NCBI GenBank assembly: GCA_965206595.1
Contig: OZ242214.1
Span: 2,496,001 to 2,560,000 of the forward strand
Length of the DNA stretch: 64,000 nucleotides
Origin: Candidatus Latescibacterota bacterium
Lineage (GTDB): Bacteria; Latescibacterota; UBA2968; UBA8231
Direction: 5' to 3'
Numbering within the stretch: the first letter of the stretch is position 1; each line of letters opens with the position of its first letter. This document shows positions 29,355 through 39,599 of this stretch, in pieces. The translations under genes were made by a program, and so were the position numbers. The notes below the pieces were generated by a model, which did no database searches, was not told the origin of the DNA, and saw nothing but the letters and a program-made list of their open reading frames with translations.

Positions 29355-30236
29355 ATGACCGAACACGCCAACACATCGCATTCGATCACCGACGAAACAA
29401 TGGAGATGTCCCACGACGAGAAGTACCTCTTCGACCTGACCGGGTTCCTGATCGTGCGGGACGTGCTGAGCCCCGAGCACCTGAAGCTGGCCAACGAGGC
29501 GATCGATTCCATGGAGCTCAACCCGAGCCCGGAGTACTTCGGCGACTCGGCCGCCCTTCGGGGTGAAAACAGCTCGACGCGCCTCGGCAACAGCGGGAAC
29601 CTGATGGAGCTGCCGCATCCCCACTGCGAGCCCTTCCGGGAAATGCTGGCGCATCCGAAAACCACGCCCCACCTCAATACCATCCTCGGGGAAGGCTGGC
29701 GCCTCGACCACGGCCCCGGGCTGATCGCCATGGACAAGGGATGTTCCGGGGGTATGCTGCACGGCAACTTCGACAACGCCCCCTACTTCTACCGCGAGGG
29801 CAGGATCTTCACCGGGCTCTGCGTCATCGAGTACCTGCTCGCCGACGAAGGCCCCGGCGACGGCGGCATCAGCGTCATTCCCGGCAGCCACAAGGCGAAC
29901 CTCGCCTGCCCGGCAAAGATGCGGAGGTGGGAGCAGTACCGGGAATTCGTCACCGAGATCAACGCCAGGGCCGGCGACGCGGTCATCTTCAGCGAGGCCT
30001 GCACCCACGGAACCCTCCCGTGGAACGCCGATCACCAGCGCCGGGCCATCCTCTACAAGTACAACACCGGGCACATGTCATGGGGTGGAGGCGGCGTGCG
30101 CGGGCGGCGGGCGTCCTACTGGGAGGAGCTCACCCCGGCGCAGCAGGCCGCCCTGCTCCTGCCCTCCCACCACTCCCGCAGACCCAAGCAGAGCAACGGG
30201 TATGAAGGGCTCGCCGAGGTGGCCGATTCGGTCTGA
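29355..30236 (+). CDS. PhyH-family Fe(II)/2-oxoglutarate enzyme
   Basis: KYLFDLTGFL, RLDH, LHG, IPGSHK, AGDAVIF, HGTLPW, RRAILYKY. Confidence 0.88.
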   Translation: MTEHANTSHSITDETMEMSHDEKYLFDLTGFLIVRDVLSPEHLKLANEAIDSMELNPSPEYFGDSAALRGENSSTRLGNSGNLMELPHPHCEPFREMLAHPKTTPHLNTILGEGWRLDHGPGLIAMDKGCSGGMLHGNFDNAPYFYREGRIFTGLCVIEYLLADEGPGDGGISVIPGSHKANLACPAKMRRWEQYREFVTEINARAGDAVIFSEACTHGTLPWNADHQRRAILYKYNTGHMSWGGGGVRGRRASYWEELTPAQQAALLLPSHHSRRPKQSNGYEGLAEVADSV

Positions 30237-30254
30237 GAGTCCGGCCGTCCGCCG

Positions 30255-32765
30255 TCAGCGGATCAGGGCCATGCGCCCCGCGGCGGTGAAGTCCCCCCCG
30301 GCGGTGAGCCGGTACAGATAGACCCCGCTGGCGACCGGGCGGGCTTCGTCGTCGAGGCCGTCCCATGATGTGCGGTGGTGGCCGGACCCCAGGGCTTCTC
30401 CGCTGTGCAGGGTGCGGACGCGGCGCCCGAGCAGGTCGTAGACCGCCAGGCGCACCGGTGCCGTCCGCGGCAGGTCGAAAGCGATGGTGGTGTTGGCGTT
30501 GAATGGATTGGGCCAGTTGCCTCGCAACCGAAACTCAGAGGGCGTTTCCGCCGCCTGGTCGACAACCGCGCTCGCGACCTGATTGGGGGCTCCGGGTGTG
30601 GGGGTGCTTACGGTCTGAAAGTCCCCGGTGACGTCGGGGATGCGCGCCCAGCTCGTTCCCTCGTCGGCCTGTCCCTCTTCCCAGTCGATCCCGGCCACCA
30701 GCAGGCCGCCGGCGGTCCAGATGCCGAGCTCTTCGTCGCGGCCGAGGGCAAAACCCGGCCACCCGTCCTTGTCGAGCTGAACCTGCAGATAGGCACCCGC
30801 CTCGATGACCGTGCCCTCCGGGAAGGGGGTGCGCTTCCCGGCGTCGGCCAGATCGTCGGCCATGAGAAAGTCCGAAAGATCCATCGGCTCATCCGAGGCA
30901 TTGTAGACCTCGAACCAGTCGAGCGGATCCCCCTGGGCAGCGACCTCGTTGACGATCAGTCCGATCTCCGCACCGATTTCGCCGTCACCCTCTTCGGTGA
31001 AAGCGTTCCCGCCGAAGCTCAACAAGGTGCCGTAGAACAGGCCGGAAACCCTGGCCCCCGGCTCGGTGCCGGCCTCTTCCAGTTCAATCCCTCCCGTGGC
31101 GATCAGGTCCCACTGGTTCGGAGGGGCATCCGGGGATGGCAACAACAGGCGGAAGCCGCGGACCGAGTACAGGTCGATGGGCAGGCTGGCGCCGCTCGCC
31201 ATCCGGTCGATCGGCAGCGAAACGGTGAGAACGTCTATGGATAAATCTTCTCCAAGACTGACAACGGTTACCGCCGCCTTGTCCTTGTCAATGCGTCCCT
31301 CCTCTTCTGCGAAGCCGGCTACGGCTCCCGAGCTCACGAAGCGCTGCTGCTTTCCCTCCAGCTGGTAATGGGTGAACGAGACCGTCCCTTCCTGCAGCGG
31401 ATTCTCGCTCCCGCTCGATCCCCATGCGGTCTCGAAGCGCAGCTCGAACGCCCCTTTTTCCGCCCAGCAGAACGGCTCGGTCAGCGGCCAGGGCCAGGCG
31501 GGCGGCTCCGGATCGAGATCGGCCAGAACCGCCGCTCGCCGCCCGCGGATGAACCGGCGCACCCGCTTGGCGTCCCGGGCGGCATCGGGTCGCATGGCAG
31601 GCAGCGCGTGCTGCTTGACGATCTCCTCCATCTCGCCGGCGAGGCCGAGAAGCTCTTCTTCGTTCCAGACCGTTTCGAGCAGTTGCCTGAGGCGGGCGAC
31701 ATAGTCGGCTCGCGTCGCTTCGTTGCGGTACAAACGGTGGGCGATGGCTCCGTGCGCCAGGACCGAAGCCGGCGACCTGAAATCGTCGAAAGGAACATCG
31801 GTCGAGGTGAAAACCTGGTCCGCGCCCCAGGGTATGAACTGGAAGGGACCGTCCGTCTCGCGGTAGACGAAGTAGTTGTTGCGGTTGCCGGCGTACCCGT
31901 CCCAGTGGCCGATAAGCACCTCGACGGCCCAGAAGGTGAGGAAGCGGTCGAGGTCGACGGCGTCGGCGAGGGCTTCGAATCCGGCCTGGGACGAATCCTG
32001 CAGTGCGGCTACTACCGCGTCGATGTCCGACCAGTCCGCATCCGTCTCGTTGGTCTTCTTCTGGAAGGTGCCGCGCCAATCCGGGCGGAAGTCGCTGATG
32101 GTCCCTTCGTAGAGATTGCCCCCTGGATCGGAGAAATTGCGCTCGAGAAAGGCGGTCTTGATGCTCTCGACGTTCGCCAACAGGCCCAGGTTTTCGCCGT
32201 TGACGGAAACGATGGCAAAGTTGCAGCGCGGCGCCGGCAGGCCGGCGGAAGCGAAGACGTGGTAGGCCATGCAGGTGTTGAGCAGGGACGGGTCCTGCCG
32301 GGCATTGTTCAGGGTCAGGCGCTTCACGGCGCCGCCAAGGAGCTGGCCGTCGACGAACTTGTCGAAGCGGACCTTGAGCGCCGGTTTCACCTCGCTCAGC
32401 GATCCGAGGAACCCCTTCTTGCGCACCCCCACCCGGGTGTGGGCTTCCCCGTCCACGGTCACGGTCGCCTCGAACCAGGTGAAGATCTCGTCCGCGGGGC
32501 TGTCGAGGCAGTCGGCACCGCCGAGTAAATCGACGAGGGTCCGCGTCTGGGAACGAAGGAGGTCCCAATCCCCGGGGGCCATCTCGATGTTCACGTCGAG
32601 CACGCGGTCGAGGGCGAACCAGGGGTCGCTGGGATGAGGGGCGTCGGTTGGGGTTTGTCCGGACGACGGCCGGACCGCCAGGAGGAGCCCTGCGATCAGT
32701 GCGTATCTCCACCGCCGGCTCGAGGCATTTCCTTTCACCGGGGCTCGCCCCCGGTTGCCGCTCAT
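30255..32765 (-). CDS. CotH kinase family protein with lamin-tail domain and FlgD-Ig-like tail
   Basis: VGVRKKG, LTLNN, HWDGY..N.NNY, FIPWGAD; LIVNEV...DWFEVYN...PTPGAPN; NWPNPFN tail. Confidence 0.88.
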   Translation of the reverse strand: MSGNRGRAPVKGNASSRRWRYALIAGLLLAVRPSSGQTPTDAPHPSDPWFALDRVLDVNIEMAPGDWDLLRSQTRTLVDLLGGADCLDSPADEIFTWFEATVTVDGEAHTRVGVRKKGFLGSLSEVKPALKVRFDKFVDGQLLGGAVKRLTLNNARQDPSLLNTCMAYHVFASAGLPAPRCNFAIVSVNGENLGLLANVESIKTAFLERNFSDPGGNLYEGTISDFRPDWRGTFQKKTNETDADWSDIDAVVAALQDSSQAGFEALADAVDLDRFLTFWAVEVLIGHWDGYAGNRNNYFVYRETDGPFQFIPWGADQVFTSTDVPFDDFRSPASVLAHGAIAHRLYRNEATRADYVARLRQLLETVWNEEELLGLAGEMEEIVKQHALPAMRPDAARDAKRVRRFIRGRRAAVLADLDPEPPAWPWPLTEPFCWAEKGAFELRFETAWGSSGSENPLQEGTVSFTHYQLEGKQQRFVSSGAVAGFAEEEGRIDKDKAAVTVVSLGEDLSIDVLTVSLPIDRMASGASLPIDLYSVRGFRLLLPSPDAPPNQWDLIATGGIELEEAGTEPGARVSGLFYGTLLSFGGNAFTEEGDGEIGAEIGLIVNEVAAQGDPLDWFEVYNASDEPMDLSDFLMADDLADAGKRTPFPEGTVIEAGAYLQVQLDKDGWPGFALGRDEELGIWTAGGLLVAGIDWEEGQADEGTSWARIPDVTGDFQTVSTPTPGAPNQVASAVVDQAAETPSEFRLRGNWPNPFNANTTIAFDLPRTAPVRLAVYDLLGRRVRTLHSGEALGSGHHRTSWDGLDDEARPVASGVYLYRLTAGGDFTAAGRMALIR

Positions 32766-32845
32766 TGCGAGTCCTTTCACCCGCCCCGGGCGGCTTCTCT
32801 GCAGGCCGGGTTCACACGGGTGATGCGGAATGGATGGGATGCCGC

Positions 32846-33952
32846 TCACAGCGGCATGTACGACAGGTCGAAGGCCCTTTCGACGAGCCAGCCGAGCCCG
32901 AACAGCAGCACGATGACGGAGACCCCCTTGATGAAGGCACCGCGCCAGGCCCTGCGGCCGACCCAGAGCACGAGCGGCAGCAGCACGGCGACGATGGCGA
33001 CTTGGCCGATCTCCACCCCGACGTTGAAGGCCAGCAGGGAGGCGACCAGCTCCTGCGACTTGGTCGGCAGCCCCAGCTCGCGCAGCACGTTGGCGAACCC
33101 GAAGCCGTGCACGAGGCCGAAGAAGAAGGTCAACCGCCAGCGGTGGTGCGGCCGGGGCCTCCACAGGTTCTCGGCGGCGACGTAGGCGATGCTGAAGGCG
33201 ATGCCGGCCTCCACCAGCCGCCCGGGAAGGGAGACGACGTCGAGGGCGGCGAGGATCAGGGTGATGCTGTGGGCGACGGTGAAGGCGGTGACCACCTTGA
33301 CCAGGCCCAGCGGCCGGCCGCCGATGGCGATCAGGGCCAGCAGGAACATGACGTGGTCGTACCCGAGGAAGATGTGCTCGATGCCGAGGAGGGTGAAGTC
33401 GGCGACGTGGTCGAGGAGCCCGGGATCGCGCAGCCGGAACCGGCGCTGGGGGGTCGCCGCGTGCAGGACCGCTGCCTGGCCCGGCCGGTCCCCGGCCTGA
33501 AGCTTGACCAAGCAGCGGTGATCGGGGGCGAAGCGGTCGAACAGGGCGAAGCGGACCTCGAGGGTCGCGGGGTCTCCCGGGAGCCGGCCCCTCAGGGGAA
33601 CGTCGAGAAAGAGGTTCCCCTTGTCGTCGAGGCGCAGCCCCCCCTCGCCGACCGACAAGGCCACGGGATCCCCTTCCGCAGTGATCTTCAGGGCCTGCTC
33701 GAGGAAGGTCTCGACCGTGTCGCTGCCGTCGAGCATTTCCTGCCGCCGCATGATGCCGTCTCCATCCGCGTCGAGATCGAAGGCGGCCATGAGGTCGGTT
33801 TCGTCGAAGGAGACCCTGGCTTCCAGGCTTCCGTCCTGGCCGATCTCCACGCTGATGTAGCTGGTGTTGATCTTGTGCGCCGCGGCGCCCGCCGGAGGCA
33901 GCAGCAGGGCGAGGGCAACGGCGAGACTGCGAATCAGGCTACTCCTCTCCAT
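32846..33952 (-). CDS. HupE/UreJ-family membrane protein with secreted N-terminal domain
   Basis: Signal peptide ending AAAH; LGIEHIFLGYDH, TAFTVAHSITL, FGLVHGFGFA, FNVGVEIGQ; EF-hand-like DADGDGIMRRQE. Confidence 0.9.
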   Translation of the reverse strand: MERSSLIRSLAVALALLLPPAGAAAHKINTSYISVEIGQDGSLEARVSFDETDLMAAFDLDADGDGIMRRQEMLDGSDTVETFLEQALKITAEGDPVALSVGEGGLRLDDKGNLFLDVPLRGRLPGDPATLEVRFALFDRFAPDHRCLVKLQAGDRPGQAAVLHAATPQRRFRLRDPGLLDHVADFTLLGIEHIFLGYDHVMFLLALIAIGGRPLGLVKVVTAFTVAHSITLILAALDVVSLPGRLVEAGIAFSIAYVAAENLWRPRPHHRWRLTFFFGLVHGFGFANVLRELGLPTKSQELVASLLAFNVGVEIGQVAIVAVLLPLVLWVGRRAWRGAFIKGVSVIVLLFGLGWLVERAFDLSYMPL

Positions 33953-34397
33953 CGAAATACTCCGCCTCGGTCATGCGCCCCAGTTTTCCCGGGGGGCGTA
34001 TCAGCCACTTGTCCGAATCGGGATAGTAGACCGGGTCGCTCGCCGGATTGTCGGCGATCACGTAGTAGACCAGGTCCTCGGTCTCGCTGGGGTTGCGGAT
34101 CTGGTGCGCGGTTCCCGGCGGCTGCACGAAGGCGTCCCCTTCTCCCACCTCGAAGGTGCGGTCGTTGCGGCGCACGATGCCGCGGCCCCTGACCACGAGG
34201 TAGAACTCCCACTGCACCTGGTGGGCGTGGCAGGGGAAGTTGATCCTCCCCGGCGGCAGCCGCACCCACTCGACCTCGAACGGCTGCCCCTCGGTTTCGA
34301 GGGCGCCGGAGACATCCTTCTCCGAAATCCCGTATTTGCCCGAAGGGGACTGGCGGGATTCCTCCGCCAGCTCGGACAGGTTGATTTTCTCGATCAT
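33939..34397 (-). CDS. Cupin domain protein
   Basis: PCHAHQVQWEFYLV...PPGTAHQIRN, YYPDSDKW. Confidence 0.88.
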   Translation of the reverse strand: MIEKINLSELAEESRQSPSGKYGISEKDVSGALETEGQPFEVEWVRLPPGRINFPCHAHQVQWEFYLVVRGRGIVRRNDRTFEVGEGDAFVQPPGTAHQIRNPSETEDLVYYVIADNPASDPVYYPDSDKWLIRPPGKLGRMTEAEYFDGEE

Positions 34398-34583
34398 GCT
34401 CTCACCTCTTGCAGGGATGGGTACTGAAATGACCGGTTGTTCTTCCAGGCCCGCCTTCTGCCCGGCGGGCGAATCGACCTGCAGCCGATTCACGAACCTT
34501 CCGCGGCCGCGTGCCTGACGGCCTATCCATAAAGTTGCTCTGTAGGCGAAGCCGAAGCCCGGATGGACTGTTTCAACGGGATA

Positions 34584-35774
34584 CTAATCGAAGAAACCGG
34601 CATCCTCTTCCGACAGGTGCCGCTTCGCCTCCTCGACGACGAACTCCACCCCGAGGCCCGGGGTGTCCCAGACCTCGACGTGGCCGTCTGCGACGATCGG
34701 GTCGGGCAGCCCGGTGACCATGTCGAGCCAGAACTCCTCGTACCCGCCCGGCATCTCGAAGGCGATGTAGTTCTGCGGCAGGGTGGCGGCGAGATGGACG
34801 TGGGCGGCCAGGCCGAAGAGCCCGTCGATCACTCCGTGCGGGGCCATCAGGATGCCGTGGAGGTCGGCGTACTCGGCGATCCACTTGGTCTCCGCTATGC
34901 CGCCGACGTCGGCCGGGTCGGGGCCGACGACGTTCACCGCCTGCTTTTCGAACAGCTCCTTGAAATGCTGCCGCAGGTAGATCTGCTCCCCGGTGTGGAT
35001 CGGCGTCGAGGTGCTGCGCGTCACCTCCCGGTAGAGGTCGGCGAGCACGTAGGGGACGTAGTCGCCGGTGATCATGTCCTCGAGCCACATCAGGTTCAGC
35101 GGCTCCACCGCCCGAGCCAGCCGTATCGAGTCGGGGACCGTCATTCCCGGACCGCAGTCGAGGGCGAGGCCGACCTCGTCCCCCAGCTCCTGCTTCATCG
35201 CCTCGGCGCAGGCGATCACGTGCTTCAGGCCGCGTTCCGTCAGGGGGCCCCGGTTGGCGTGCCAGCGGCCGCCGGAGCCCTCCCCGTAGAAGAAGCCGGG
35301 GACGTCCGCGGGCATGCTGCTGTGGAAGGAGACGCCCATCTTGAACAGGGTGAACCCCTGCGGCAGCTCCCTGACGGCGCGGGCGGCGGCGGCGTACTCC
35401 TCGGGCCGGGAGCCGCTTACCGGCACCGGCGAGCCGGTCAGGTAGACCCGCACCCGGTCGCGGATCTTTCCCCCGAGCAGCTTGTACACCGGAATCCCGG
35501 CGGCCTTGCCGGCGATGTCCCAGAGCGCCATCTCGATGGCGCTGACGGCGCTGCCCCAGGGCTTGAAACCGCCGAGCCGGCGGATGCCGAGCATGACGCG
35601 CTCGACGTCGGTCGGGTCCATGCCCAATACGAGGTCGCGGTAGAAGAGGACGTGGGGCTTGAGGTAGGGCTTGGAGGACTCCACCTGCCCCGTTCCGACG
35701 ATCCCCTCGTCGGTGAGGATGCGGATTACGGGATGGCCGCCGATGACGGCGCACTTCAGATCGACAATCTTCAT
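34584..35774 (-). CDS. Mandelate racemase/muconate lactonizing enzyme family
   Basis: SAIEMALWDIAGK, WLED, HTGEQ, MAPH, PGLGVE. Confidence 0.92.
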   Translation of the reverse strand: MKIVDLKCAVIGGHPVIRILTDEGIVGTGQVESSKPYLKPHVLFYRDLVLGMDPTDVERVMLGIRRLGGFKPWGSAVSAIEMALWDIAGKAAGIPVYKLLGGKIRDRVRVYLTGSPVPVSGSRPEEYAAAARAVRELPQGFTLFKMGVSFHSSMPADVPGFFYGEGSGGRWHANRGPLTERGLKHVIACAEAMKQELGDEVGLALDCGPGMTVPDSIRLARAVEPLNLMWLEDMITGDYVPYVLADLYREVTRSTSTPIHTGEQIYLRQHFKELFEKQAVNVVGPDPADVGGIAETKWIAEYADLHGILMAPHGVIDGLFGLAAHVHLAATLPQNYIAFEMPGGYEEFWLDMVTGLPDPIVADGHVEVWDTPGLGVEFVVEEAKRHLSEEDAGFFD

Positions 35775-36001
35775 GGGGTTATCCTGAACCGTGAATGCCT
35801 GCGGCGATGAGAGGAAAATCGCCGGGCGTCATGCTGTCCCTTGGTGAAAATCGCTTTGGGGTGAGAATCCGTGGCCGGGGCCGGCCGCAGCCCGGAGGGG
35901 TTTTTGCCGGGGCTGCCCGGTAACGTTCATGCGGAAAGAAAATATACCTATCGTCAGGATCGGCGATCAAAGCGGACTGCCATCAATTGTCGAGGAGAAA
36001 A

Positions 36002-37111
36002 ATGTACGACTTCATCGTCATCGGGGGCGGCGTTCTCGGCGCCGCCACGGCCTTTCACCTGGCGCGCGCCCAGGCCCGGGTGCTGCTGCTCGACCGCGGC
36101 GACGAGGGGCGCGCCACGGCCGCGGGGGCCGGGATCGTTTCTCCGGCGACCTACCGCGGCGATTCCGACGTCTGGTACCGCTTCAGCCAGGCGTCGTACC
36201 GACACCTTTCCTCGCTGGTTCCCGAGTTGGAGGCAGAAGGGGCCGGCACCGGGTTCGACCGCTGCGGGCTGCTGCTGGTGGCGGTCTCCGACGACGAGCA
36301 GGCCCCCTTCGAGGCCGCCTCGCAGCGGATCCTTGCGCGCCCTGAGCGGGGTCCGGTTCGCGCCGTCGGGGCCGCGGAGGCCCGGGAGATGTTCCCGGCG
36401 CTCGCCGCATCGGCGCGGGCGCTGCACAACCAGGACGCCGCCCGCATCGACGGCCGGCTCCTGGCGCGCGCCCTGCTCGAGGCCGGGGAACGCCGCGGAC
36501 TCGAGCGCCGGTCCGGTTCGGCCGACAGCCTCCTCCTCGAAGGCAGCCGGGTCGCCGGGGTCCTGAGCGCCGGCGAGCGGATTTCCGCGGGGAACACGGT
36601 TATCGCCGGCGGGGCCTGGTCCCGGGGTTTCTCGGAACAGCTCGGCATCGATATCCCGGTGGCCCCCCAGCGCGGCCAGATCATCCACCTCGACCTCGGC
36701 GGCACCGACACCTCCTCCTGGCCGATCGTCAGCGCCTTCCGCGACCATTACATGGTGCCCTGGCCGGACAGCCGGATAGCCGTCGGCGCCACCCGCGAAA
36801 CCGGCTCCGGCTTCGACCCGCAGGCGACCGCGGCCGGCATCGTCGAGGTGCTCTCGGAAGCCCTGCGCGTCGCCCCCGGCCTCGCCTGCGCCTCCATCCG
36901 CGAGACCCGCGTCGGGCTGCGGCCCCTGTCGGCGGACGGCATGCCGGTCATGGGGGCGGTCCCCGGATGGGAGGGCCTCTACCTCAACACCGGCCACGGC
37001 GCCAGCGGCCTGCAGCTCGGCCCCTTCAGCGGGCGCGTCGTCGCCAACTCCGCCCTTGGCAACGAGCCGGGGTTCGACCTCTCCCCCTTCGCAGTGGACC
37101 GTTTCCTGTGA
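36002..37111 (+). CDS. FAD-dependent oxidoreductase (DAO/glycine oxidase-like)
   Basis: VIGGGVLG, ATAAGAG, PQRGQ, VGLRP, TGHGASGL. Confidence 0.92.
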   Translation: MYDFIVIGGGVLGAATAFHLARAQARVLLLDRGDEGRATAAGAGIVSPATYRGDSDVWYRFSQASYRHLSSLVPELEAEGAGTGFDRCGLLLVAVSDDEQAPFEAASQRILARPERGPVRAVGAAEAREMFPALAASARALHNQDAARIDGRLLARALLEAGERRGLERRSGSADSLLLEGSRVAGVLSAGERISAGNTVIAGGAWSRGFSEQLGIDIPVAPQRGQIIHLDLGGTDTSSWPIVSAFRDHYMVPWPDSRIAVGATRETGSGFDPQATAAGIVEVLSEALRVAPGLACASIRETRVGLRPLSADGMPVMGAVPGWEGLYLNTGHGASGLQLGPFSGRVVANSALGNEPGFDLSPFAVDRFL

Positions 37112-38274
37112 CCTCGCCCGCCGTTCCCGTGCGCCCTGTCACCTCGGGGCCGGGCTTCCACTGGTTCGGGTACTACGACAAGCTGCCGTTCGATCCGTCG
37201 GGGCGGTACCTGCTCGGCATGGCCGCCGACTTCGAGTCGCGGTCCCCCGAGCCGGAAGACGCCATCCGCCTCGGCATCATCGACACCCTGGAAGGGGATT
37301 CCTGGCGCGAGGTCGGCACGACCACGGCCTGGTGCTGGCAGCAGGGATGCATGCTGCAGTGGATTCCCGGATCGGACCGCCGCATCATCTGGAACGAGCG
37401 CCAGGGTGACCGGTTCGTGTCCCGCGTCTTCGACACCCGCTCGGGGGAATCGCGGACCCTGCCGGCCGCCGTCTACTGCCTGGCCCCCGGCGGCGACAGG
37501 GCGATCGGCACCGACTTCCGCCGCATCGACCACATGCGCCCCGGGTACGGGTACGCCGGCATCCCCGATCCGCACCGCGACCTGCTCGCCCCTGAAAACA
37601 GCGGCATCCACACCGTCGACCTGCGCAGCGGCGAGTCGCGGCAGATCCTGTCGATTGCGGAAGTGGCCGCCCTCCCCTACCGCCACGGCGACCTGTCGGA
37701 GGCGAAGCATTACTTCAACCACCTGCTGTTCAACCCCGACGGCACCCGCTTCGTCTTCCTGCACCGCTGGCGGTTCGGCGGCGGCGGTTTCCGGACGCGC
37801 ATGCTTACCGCCGCGGCCGACGGCTCCGACCTGCACGTCGTCGACGATTACGGGCACATGTCCCACTTCATCTGGCGCGATGCCGAAACCATCCTCGCCT
37901 GGTCCTGGCAGCCGGAAACGGGGGAGAGATTCTATCTCTACCGGGACCGCTCGCCGGAGGTGGTGCCCATCGCCAGGGACATGATGACCCTGAACGGTCA
38001 CTGCACCTACCTGGCGGACACGGACTGGATCCTCAACGACTGCTATCCCCGGGGCGGATCCCGGTCACAGGACCTGTACCTCTACCATGTCCCGACGGAC
38101 CGCCGGATCGACCTCGGCAGCTTCCACTCCCCCGGGGAGTACACCGGGGAGTGGCGCTGCGACCTGCACCCGCGCTCGAGCCCGGACGGCCGCCTGGTCA
38201 GCATCGACTCGGCCCACCGCGGCGCCGGCCGGCAGATCTACCTGCTCGATATCGGTGGGATCGTCGGGGGCTGA
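37108..38274 (+). CDS. Beta-propeller protein (oligogalacturonate lyase/TolB-like)
   Basis: HWFGYYD, AWCWQQGCMLQW, FNHLLFNPDG, RCDLHPR; GTGA overlap with upstream gene. Confidence 0.7.
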   Translation: MTSPAVPVRPVTSGPGFHWFGYYDKLPFDPSGRYLLGMAADFESRSPEPEDAIRLGIIDTLEGDSWREVGTTTAWCWQQGCMLQWIPGSDRRIIWNERQGDRFVSRVFDTRSGESRTLPAAVYCLAPGGDRAIGTDFRRIDHMRPGYGYAGIPDPHRDLLAPENSGIHTVDLRSGESRQILSIAEVAALPYRHGDLSEAKHYFNHLLFNPDGTRFVFLHRWRFGGGGFRTRMLTAAADGSDLHVVDDYGHMSHFIWRDAETILAWSWQPETGERFYLYRDRSPEVVPIARDMMTLNGHCTYLADTDWILNDCYPRGGSRSQDLYLYHVPTDRRIDLGSFHSPGEYTGEWRCDLHPRSSPDGRLVSIDSAHRGAGRQIYLLDIGGIVGG

Positions 38275-38572
38275 ACCTGTCGAGGAAAACAGGGGACGAC
38301 CAGCCGTTGATCCCCATGCACCATCTCGACAACCACGTCACGGACCTTCGAGAAAAATCTGTACTCCAACCAATCGGTCCAAACTACCCCCCAGTTGTCG
38401 GAAAAAACATTCCCGACAACCAAATAGGTGCCTGGTGCACCACGACAAAAAAGCGGGGTCAAGAAAGGATCAAACCCAAACGCTTAAAAAAGGTGGAACA
38501 GTGGGGAAAAGTGGACTAAAAACCTACCCTCGAGTAGGGGCGACTGGTTCGTCCCCGTTTTCATTATCATCA

Positions 38573-39469
38573 TCATCGAACGAAATAATCATCGAAATTT
38601 GGTTCAAAATCATCTGCTGGCTTTACAGTTTCTTGAATGACATCCTCTCCGTATTTCTCAGCAAGAAATCGTTCCCTATACAGATAAAAAGCTGCATCGC
38701 AAACTTTGGTGGTGTAATAGGCATTGAATCCACCTCCAATTACTGCCCCGGCAACAGGAACCACTTGGGCCAATTTAGCTTTGGTAAGACGTATTCCAAG
38801 AGAACGGGCAATGATTTGGATTATTTTTACCAGAGAATGCTTCTCTAAATCTTTCCACACCCTTTTCCTGGCTACATCCTGTGAAATCCTCACTAATTGA
38901 GCCATGGCGACCTGTTTAGCAGCGTCGTTCGGACTTGATGCCAAGCCGAGAATGTTAAGGGCGAACAATCTTTCTCTCTGGGAAGAAATGTCAAACCCAT
39001 AATACGTAGCGTACTCTCCTATTGCACGCTGATTGATCGTAATCAAGGCTGCAATATCGGGTGGGATTCCTGGTAAACCTACTACTCCTGCAACGAAACC
39101 CTCTCCAGTTGCAAGGGTTTTGTATTTTGCTGCCAAAAAGCCACATACCCTGTCAGCATCTTCTAAATCTAAAGTAAAAATATCCTCTGATTTTTTAATG
39201 TTGCCAAATCCAGCGTCTCTAAATTCTTCATATATGGCATAGGGTCGAACAGTCCATTGAGCAAAATCATTGAGCAATCCAACCAAGCCTCCTATTGCTT
39301 TCTCAATGACCCAATCAACCCCAGGAATTTCTGTTATATAACCTGTCGCCTTTTCCAAAGGCCAATTGATAATTTCCATGGTTTTGCCAAACCAACCAAT
39401 CGTAGGATTTTTCCACTCATGGATACTTTCAAGTGCGAATTTTTCAAATTCACTCATTCCATTCTTCAT
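38573..39469 (-). CDS. EcsC family protein
   Basis: EGFVAGVVGLPGIPPDI, IGEYATYYGFD, KLAQVVPVAGAVIGGGFN; strongly AT-rich. Confidence 0.85.
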   Translation of the reverse strand: MKNGMSEFEKFALESIHEWKNPTIGWFGKTMEIINWPLEKATGYITEIPGVDWVIEKAIGGLVGLLNDFAQWTVRPYAIYEEFRDAGFGNIKKSEDIFTLDLEDADRVCGFLAAKYKTLATGEGFVAGVVGLPGIPPDIAALITINQRAIGEYATYYGFDISSQRERLFALNILGLASSPNDAAKQVAMAQLVRISQDVARKRVWKDLEKHSLVKIIQIIARSLGIRLTKAKLAQVVPVAGAVIGGGFNAYYTTKVCDAAFYLYRERFLAEKYGEDVIQETVKPADDFEPNFDDYFVR

Positions 39470-39599
39470 GATCTTTCTCCATTCGTGATCCCGGCGCCCT
39501 CCCAGGTAATCATATCCAACCATCCTGCGAGATTTTCTATTTTAAACAAAGGAAACCTTTGCATCAAGCCCCCAACGTACGCCAAGATCAAATCAAATT

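Noticed and set aside
27451-33164. Long N-terminal extensions in the ORF track (565, 420 and 969 aa; also the 610-aa ORF at 55355)
   Set aside because: The extensions overlap other genes or promoters; downstream starts with RBS fit the families better.
38492-38556. MraZ-like GTGG repeats and a GTAG-type REP
   Set aside because: Irregular spacing, no dcw genes, single imperfect palindrome.
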